Source: Eledone cirrhosa (taxonomy: Eukaryota). From it: DNA of 64,000 nucleotides. A program made the position numbers and the translations under genes. The first letter of the stretch is position 1. Each line of letters begins with the position of its first letter. The notes below the pieces were generated by a model. The model had not been told where the DNA came from and did not search any database. It saw only the letters and a program-made list of their open reading frames with translations. Below, in pieces: positions 55,838 to 64,000 of the stretch. Where the stretch lies: the NCBI GenBank assembly GCA_964016885.1, contig OZ024742.1:268956001-269020000 (forward strand), in the 5' to 3' direction.

Positions 55838-58800
55838 TGCTTACTTTCTTTATTAACCACAAGGGTTTACACAAAGTAATACATTAAGGACAGTACAGGA
55901 CAATACAGGGCAATACAGGAGGGTACAAATGGGCATTTCTGCGTGTAAAATACAAAAACAGAGGATGTAACAAAAAAAGAACAATGAAAAATTGCCCAAT
56001 AGGGGGAGACTTCCGAGGGCCATCGTGGATAAGTGCCCTCTCACAGTTTTCCACCTTCATTCTACAGGCATATACTCAGGCTTACGGGCCATTCTTGCCT
56101 CTCTCACCCACCTTCAACAAAATGCTGTGAAGCGAGCACTTCCCTCTCTACCCTGATTTTCCTTTTCAAATGAAATTTAAAATGTTAACCATGGCATCAC
56201 CGAAGAGGTAAGTGCTCGTCTTCAGCCCATTTAGACGCATCCACCATACTATCTCTTTCGCCATGGCCACCAGACAGATAAAAACTGCCTGCTCTTCCCA
56301 GATAAAGGAAGAGGGCGGTGAAATCCTCACGATGGACTCAGCTGATAGCCGGACCCGTTCTACACGCGAGAGCAGGTGTTCGACATAAACCCACAAGTCA
56401 GCAATGCTCGGACACTGGACGAGTGCATGCATGACGGTTTCGTCGCCCTGCGCGCATCTCGGACATGCCCGGCTGACGGCACCTCCATGCCTGTAGAGTT
56501 TATCCCGAACTAGCAAAGCTCCTCCGTAGCACTGCCAGGCCAGGGATTTCTGGAAGTTGTCCATAGGCCCCGGCCCGAAAGTTCTTCAGACGAGATTCGC
56601 TAGTTGATGTTCGTCGACGTCTAGAGTTTACCCAAGTACGTCATCGCTCTTCCCCTCCACTAATTCTCTATAGAACGCCAAGGTGGAGCTTCCACCGATC
56701 ACATTACCCAACTGGTCGAGGGCAGTGATCGCATCAAGACAATCCAGTCTCCAAGCGCTCCCTCTCGGTCTTCGCTTGATACCAGGACGGCAGCTCCGTC
56801 AAGGAGACGAGGTGGAGAAATACGCATCTAGCAAACGGAGAGCATAACTGATCACCGTCGAGGAAGAGGTGGTGATGTCGTAGCCTGAGCACGTGTCTGC
56901 GCATCATCAGCCTCGGAAAGCCCAGCCCTCCACGTAGCGGGTGTTGACAGCACTGGACTGCCTGACCATTGGCGTGCGTCCCACCCACAAAAAGCGAAAG
57001 TGCAAACGCTCCAGCGCAGTCAGGCGAGGCTTATGACAAGGCACGACGGTCTGGCGGTAGTAGATGACGGACGCGATGTACGCATTCACCACCTCTGCTC
57101 GACCTTTCAGAGATAGCTTCCTCTCTGCCCATTTCTGGGTGAGAGAAGCTACCCTGTCGTCACTTCGTCCCACAGCTTTTGTCCGTCTGGAGGACCGGAC
57201 CGAACCAGACCCCTAGCAATTTAACCGGTCCGTTCGTCCAGCGCCGCTCGGCATCGACCTGCCTCTCCAGGAGCCGAGCTGCCGACCCACCGACTTTTCC
57301 TGGTTGATCTTGCTCCTGTCACCGCTTCGTATTCTCTTAGCGTAGTGCTGATCGCCTCGATGTGTTTGGAGTTCAACACCACTACGGTGACATCGACCGC
57401 ACATGCTGACACGGATCTTCCGAATCCTAGTTCCCTCGGTACCCCCCTCAAAGTCTCCAGTTTGTGCAGTAATGGCTCGAGAGTCAATACGTACAAGAGG
57501 GACGAGGGGGACATCCTTGGCGGACCGAGCGCATGATGTTAAACGGTTCCGAAAGGTGACTGTTCACTCTCACCACAGAGCAGATGTCGCTGTGCATGGC
57601 AGCGATCCAGCCTCTGAAGATGGGCCCAAGGCCAGCCGCCCTCAGGACTGCCACCAGATGACGATGGTCGACGTTATCGAAAGCTTTCAACTGATCTAAA
57701 TTGATCAAGGACCCAACCGTGCCACGTTCCCTAGCTACCTTCTCCACGATGTATCGCATGAGGTGGAGGTTGTCGTGGATGGATCTGTCTGGAATGGCGC
57801 ATGTCTGCGCCTCTCCCACCAGACCACCAACAACATGCGCCAACCTCTTTGCTAGCACCTTGGCCAAAATCTTGAAGTCTGTGTTTAGCAGGGTTATGGG
57901 CCTGAAATTATCTATGTTATCCCCCTTCGGGTTCTTTCTCAGCAGCGCCACCACTCCTCGGCTCACAGAGCTGGGAATTATCCCGTTCTGTTGCGATTTG
58001 CAGTAGACGTCCGCCAAGAGACCTCCGAACAATTCTGGCATCTGTACGTAACATTTTAGGGCAGACCATCCAAACCAGGCGATTTACCCCTTGTGCAGCC
58101 AGTCATTGACTCCCGTACTTCAGCGGCTGTTAAGGCTTTTCGCAACACTCCACCTCAGTGGCCGAGAGCCGCGGCAGTCCGTCGAGGTAGGCATTAAAAT
58201 CTATATCTCGATACGGCCCATCGCTGCCCCCGAACAGCTGAGCGAAGTGTCGCTAAAAAGCTTCACACATTTTCCAGGGATCGAGTAGCATGCTCCCGTC
58301 GTGGTCCACCAAAGACCGGATCGTGGTTTTGTTGCCACGTCGCGCCGCCACAATTCGGGCCCATTGAACGACTTTCGTCCCCTCGGGTCTGAGAACACGC
58401 ACCCTAGTTGTGACAACACAGCCTGCTTTCTTTGCATTGAAGAATTGGTCAAGGGCCAATTTAGCCGCAAGTACATCGGTCGAGAATGCCTTTGCTAAGG
58501 GCCTCGTCTAATTGTCTAACTAGTTCTCTCTCTGCTCTATTTTTCTCTATTGCTAAAGCCTTGCTAAACCTATTGGACTCTATTCTAATCGCTCTTTTCA
58601 GAGTAAACCACCATTTGTTGTTGACGATGGCCCCCGTCAACGCCCGCTTAACTAGTTCGCTAATCCGGTCTCTGTAGGCCTTACTCGCTGTTAATGAAGC
58701 GTTTAAATTCCAGTAGCGAGGTCCCTGTCTGTGAAGCCTATCTCAGTCAACCACACAGATTAGGAATTTGTGGTCCGTGTAGCTGAGTAACTTGAATTGT

Positions 58801-60160
58801 GGACAGCCTATCTAGACCTATCTATTTCCCTACAAAATACTCTATCTAGATATGATCTGGATGACCCGATGCGGTTTGTCCAAGTCGACAATTGGCACAT
58901 TCGGCAAATCCAATCGGTACCTGTCCGACAGTTGAAAACCTTTACACCCTTCTCCCCTATCCGCTAATCCCACACAATCCCAGCGTGCATCTAAGATTCT
59001 GTTCCAGTCGCCCACTAACACTAGAGAGCTGGACGTTCCAAGAAAGGTCTCCAGCGTCGGAAGAATTCAGCCCGTCCTGCTCCTATTGGGGCATAGGCGG
59101 CCTTTAGCCTGAAAGCTTGTCCTTCTCCGCTGGTCACGTCCAGTACCACCAACTTATCCTGTGGGTGCAAGAGGACGGCCCGTACTCGAGATCCAGACTT
59201 CTCCGGAACAACACGGCCACTCCCCACCCCCAGATCCGGGAAGGCTTGAAGATGTGTAGACCTCATAGCCGCCGAAAATGGGTGCGAATGCCCGTGCCTC
59301 AGAGATTCTCGTCTCGCTGATTGCCACCACATCTATGTTTAGCGACCTGGGATCTTTCAACAGGTTGCCCTGCTTCCAAGACGACCCCAAGCCACGTACA
59401 TTTATGCTACCTATTCTGAGAGAAGCCATGTTGGCTAGGATAGGTGGAAAACAAGTGAGAGAGGTGAGGTACAAAAAATTACTTGTGGCCCTTCTTTGGG
59501 AAGGGGTGGGTGATCCATCCCTCCGACCATTGGTGGGTTTCTCCACGTGAATATCCGTGAATATTATTTTGATGATGTTCCCTCGGTAGTCTCCAATTGA
59601 TGTGGGGAACATTATTTTAATGTTATGTAATATTTTTCTATAATTTCTATTATTTGTATGTGCGTGGGGGGTGCAATTTTGGTGGTTTGTACCTAGTTTG
59701 TTTCTGTGATGTTGGTCCGGTGTTGAATGTAATTTAAAAGCTTTGTGTTGTCTGTGTCTATGGCTGTGTATTGTATCTGCTGTTTGGGTGTTGGTGCTTT
59801 CTGTGTTTGCTGTCGTGTTGTTGGAGGTGATGATGGGGTAGATGCTAAGGGTGACGGTGGTGGTGGTGGCGGTGGTGTTGGTGGTGGTGGTGGTGATGCT
59901 GTTGGTGGTTGTGGGGGTGTGGCTGTTTATGGTGGTGGAGGAGGTGGGGTAGTTTTCATTTTCTTTTTTTTTTAGGGTTCTTTCTTCCTCTTTTTTGCGG
60001 GGGGGGGGGGAGTTCTTCCTTTTTTTGTTGGAATAGTTCTCCACTGTTCGGCCTCATCGCACTCCTTGTCCGATTTAGCAATATCAGGAAGGGGTATGCT
60101 TTCCATTGGTTTTGTGGGTGGTGGAAGAGATGTTGCTTTTGTTGTTGGGGGCAATACAAA
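55838..60160 (-). mobile_element. Tx1/L1-clade LINE related to 43096-49084, truncated within ORF1
   Basis: ORF2 start at 59429 (MASLRIGSINVRGL). RT and 3' UTR are closely similar to the first copy. Confidence 0.9.
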
Positions 60161-60295
60161 TTATAGAAGTGATACAAATATCTTGGACGTTATTTTGGTA
60201 ATAAATTAAAGCGTTATTTACTGTCATTTTGAAGATTATTGATGTTAGTGAACCTACACTTACTGAGGCTGGTGAAATAACATTATTTCATAACT

Positions 60296-60488
60296 GGGCG
60301 GTGGATTAGCAGTATCGGTAGAGGGTCGGACGCCATGATTTGACGCATAGAGTTACGGCCCTTGCTATTCTGAGTTCAAATCCCGCCGAGGTTAACTTTG
60401 CTATTCATCCTTACGGGGTCGATAAAGTAAAGTATAGTATTGCACTGTATAATTGCTGGCCTTGTGCCAAAAGTAGAAACAATTATTT
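60296..60488 (+). mobile_element. tRNA-derived SINE
   Basis: Same A/B boxes and core as 15208-15392. Confidence 0.85.
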
Positions 60489-60539
60489 CATAAATGGATG
60501 TATCCTTGTTGAGGAGAAGAAGTTAAAAAAAACTCAATA

Positions 60540-63500
60540 ACAAGCGCCAGTAGTAGGGAATGATGGAGCCTCAATGGGACACCACGTGCTGCTAATATAG
60601 TCTTGGTACCCGACACTTTATTGGATTACAAACTGCACTGCTGGTCTGTGGACTAGATCCATACTAGTATCAGCGGCTATGGGAGAGTACCCAAACCGAA
60701 TACTAACCCCTTAACAACATGATGGCACACACAAGAAGTAAATCATACAACATCGGTCGTTTTACCAAGGTATTACTAAGGATCGCGTCCCTTGGCGAGG
60801 AACCAAAGCAAGGTCGAAAAATCAGCAAATGGAACCACCCCTCCCATACTCCTGCAGTGAACCACATACCGAAGAAAATGTGCCACAGGGTGACAACACC
60901 AAGTTACATACTAAAAGCCCACAGCAAACATGGACCAGAGTGGTTTATCAAGCATAGATGCTTGCGAATTATGCCATCGAGTTTCCGAGAGAGAACTCGT
61001 CAATGCAAGAAACCTATAGTATCTGGAGGAATGCCAAATCAAACTCCAGAGTATATATTGACATAAATAAGTTAGCTAATGTGAGATGAGACACTATGAG
61101 GAGCAAAATACTCGCTGAATAAGAACTAGAAACCATCAAAGCAGCGATAAGTGAGCAACATAACGACCCTATCAAAGAAGGAGACCTGCATATAACAGAA
61201 GCAGCAGATTAGAACCTCCCTGAACATGAACATGTGTGTGATGGCTCACTCGTTGATGTTGCTGTCTGGGCAATGAAGGAGAATATTCTACGTGAGCGGG
61301 AGATTCTAAATATGCAGGACTTAATAGATCGGACAAAACTCCAGAAAGTACCCGCAGTCATGCATCAGATAAAGAAGAAGGTAAATCTAGCTAACCAAGC
61401 ACTAGATGTAATCAAACGTGAACACAGAAAACCAATGACACTTGATGATACTAACCAGATGCTGTATGCCATTGCAACCATGATTGCTGGCAAGCTGCAC
61501 CCAACATACGAACATGGAAAATAAACACAAATGGAATACCGAAATGACACACAGAGCTGGAGAACAAAATTATAGAGATCAGGACAGATGTCGCTCTCGT
61601 ATTCTAAATAGATAAGGGAACGGACATCAAACCCCAAAAGCTTTCTAGGCTTCTGAAGAAATACAAGGTCAACCGGACAGAAAACTGGAAAGAAATTGAT
61701 GAATCAAACAAAAGATACAGGCAATAGCGCAGAAACTAAAAAGACGCAATAAAAGCTAACTTCTTTAAAAAAAAGAAAATATTTGCCGAAGATGCCAAAA
61801 GATCTTACAGAGAGTTAGGTAAGAAAACTATTGAAATAAGGCAAGCACCTGAGCTTGATGAGGTTGATCACTTCTGTGCAAATATCTGGGGAAAAGTTCA
61901 GGACCACAACTCCATTGCCACGTAGCTGGAACAATTGGAAATCCTTGCTTGCACTCAGGAAATAAAAACAGCAGACAGCAATGCTGGAAACTGGAAATAA
62001 CCGGAAAGAGATGGCGTGCAGAATTTCTGGCTGAAACATCTGGATGTTCAACATGAAGCTTTGGCAGCTGAATTCTCCAGGATTGTAGCATAGTGGATGA
62101 CAAGTGTTATAACGTATCTTCTATCGGAGAATGAATGTACAGAAAATCCCCCAAACTACAGACCAATTACATGTCTCCCAATGATGTACAAACCCTCACA
62201 CCAGTGATTACCAACAGGGTCTACAATTACCTCCTCTTTGGAGATCTATTTCCACCTGAACAAAATGCTGTTAATGAGGGAGGTATGGGTGCAAATATTA
62301 ACAACTTATAGATAGACTCATAACGGAAAACTGCAAACAGAAAAAAGTAAAACCTGTGAATGGCATTGATAGACTACAAGAAGTCATTGGACAGCGTACC
62401 TCATTCATGGATAATAAAGACATTAGAAACGTATCACATAGCACGTGAAATGACAAATTTCTGGAAGGCGATGATGACAGACTGGAAAACTACATGGTTC
62501 TTCTACACCACAACGGACCACTGTAATATAGACAGTTCGCGATTAATCGTGGAATATTCCAAGGCGAGTCAATCTCTCCTTTGCTGTTCTGTATGTTACT
62601 TGCGCCGTTAAGTCAGTTACTGTGGAGGACAGGCAGTCGTTATGAAATAGACAAAGACACCTCAATCACCTTCTTTATATGGATGATATCAACCAATTGA
62701 GAAATAATAATGTGTAGCTGGAAGGTTTACTGCACAGAGTGATGACATCCATATTGAATTTGGACACGTTCAAAAAAGCAATATTCAACTGTGCCTTGCT
62801 CTCTAGCCATAAAGGAATTTTCATAGACCAATAAACCACCATTATGGAATATACTAATAAAGAGTTCTACAAATATGTTAGAGATTTTGAAGGAGATAAA
62901 ATCCTATATGCACGTATGTAGGAACACATACGGACGGAATACATAAGGAGAGTGGGACTGATCACAAATGTGAGCTAGAACCCTGAAACAAGTTCAACGC
63001 CATTAACAGTCTAGCAATACCAGTGGTAACATACATCTTTAACATCTTAAACTGGAATCTGCAAGAACTACAATGGGTGGACATGAAGACGAGAAAACAA
63101 TTGACAACAAAAAAAGTGCACCAACTTAAAGCCGGTATACATAGGCTGAATATTTCAAGGAAAGATGGACGGAGGCTCCTACAGCTGGAAGCTGCATACA
63201 AAACAGTAAACATTAGTTTGGATATCTACCTCACACACACCCGATAGGGACTTCTTAAGCTTGTACTAAAAAATGAACACATTTTAAAAAATACATTAAA
63301 TAAAAAAAAGAATGGCAAATTTAGGCCACTCCCTGAGTATGAAACTAGACATAACCATGAACAATCAACATCAGATTACTGTACAGCTAGCTATGACTGT
63401 GAAGATCAAAGCGAAGAAACTCAAAACCACTTCATACTAGATATCCATAACAATATTCTGACAATGATATCGCTCAGCATGGCTCATTATTCTGGATCAG

Positions 63501-63650
63501 AAATGTTTGTTTGAAAGCAGTGACTGGGGGACTCAGTTACTTCACAAGACCAATATCTAAACATTCGAGCCTAAGACACAGAAGAGTGAAAGATGGGACT
63601 AGCTCTCTATGCAGAATATACTACACATACGAAGAAACTTGCCGAAGATA
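60540..63650 (+). mobile_element. Heavily degenerate R4/Dong-like LINE of another family
   Basis: NYRPITCLPMMYK, IDYKKSLDSVPHSWI, GIFQGESISPLLFC, NHLLYMDDI, spread over many frames. Confidence 0.8.
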
Positions 63651-63715
63651 ATAGCTAGTTGGCTTTCATCGAAAGCCAGAGTTTCCCAATTGACGTTATC
63701 ATTCTTGCCCTCCAA

Positions 63716-64000
63716 TCACTGTGTATAGATCATCAACTTGGAGTTTCCAGCGATTGGCAAAGAGCAGTGAGCACTTAAATACATTCCAGTTTCCAAGCGC
63801 TCCCCTTCGGTCTCAGCTTGAACCAGGATTGCATTTCCGTCAAGAAGATGAGGTGGGGGAAAACTATTCACAGTCGACGAAAGTCTGGAAATCTCGCATT
63901 TCAATGATGCATCATTTACGGCATGCCCAGTCCTTCACGCAGCGGGAGTTGACAGCAGATTGACCGCCTCATAATCGATATAGTTTTCTGAATCATCCAA
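63716..64000 (-). mobile_element. Degenerate Tx1-like ORF2 fragment
   Basis: Similar to ~43980-44250 (GLGMP..; RPKGSAWKLEC). Confidence 0.65.

Noticed and set aside
59154-60044. Natural ORF1-ORF2 fusion protein
   Set aside because: Seen only in one heavily mutated copy. A frameshift near the ORF1 end explains it.

Overview
Eukaryotic, AT-rich, almost entirely repeat-derived DNA with no host gene I can support. The SINE and repeat content resemble an octopod cephalopod (inference). Bases 1-38,000 are (TA)n-rich and saturated with Penelope-like retroelement (PLE) pieces: RT/GIY-YIG remnants of two lineages plus about a dozen short fold-back termini inserted in (TA)n. About 20 intact or degenerate hammerhead ribozyme (HHR) motifs occur on both strands. 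This half also holds a non-autonomous Helitron with an internal tandem array and four ~73-nt intron-like spacers, RTE and CRE LINE fragments, and tRNA-derived SINEs. Bases 38,200-64,000 are a chain of LINEs joined by (TAA)n tracts: R4/Dong-like elements on + (one with an intact 1130-aa ORF) alternating with frameshifted Tx1/L1-like elements on -. The most notable signals are (i) HHR-bearing fold-back mini-elements, (ii) an ACTCC...GTTGAGT stem shared downstream of the HHR by otherwise dissimilar families, (iii) HHRs with long rod-like stem II, and (iv) splice signals suggesting the Tx1-like LINEs express ORF2 from a spliced RNA. All alignments and folds were done by eye and boundaries are approximate.
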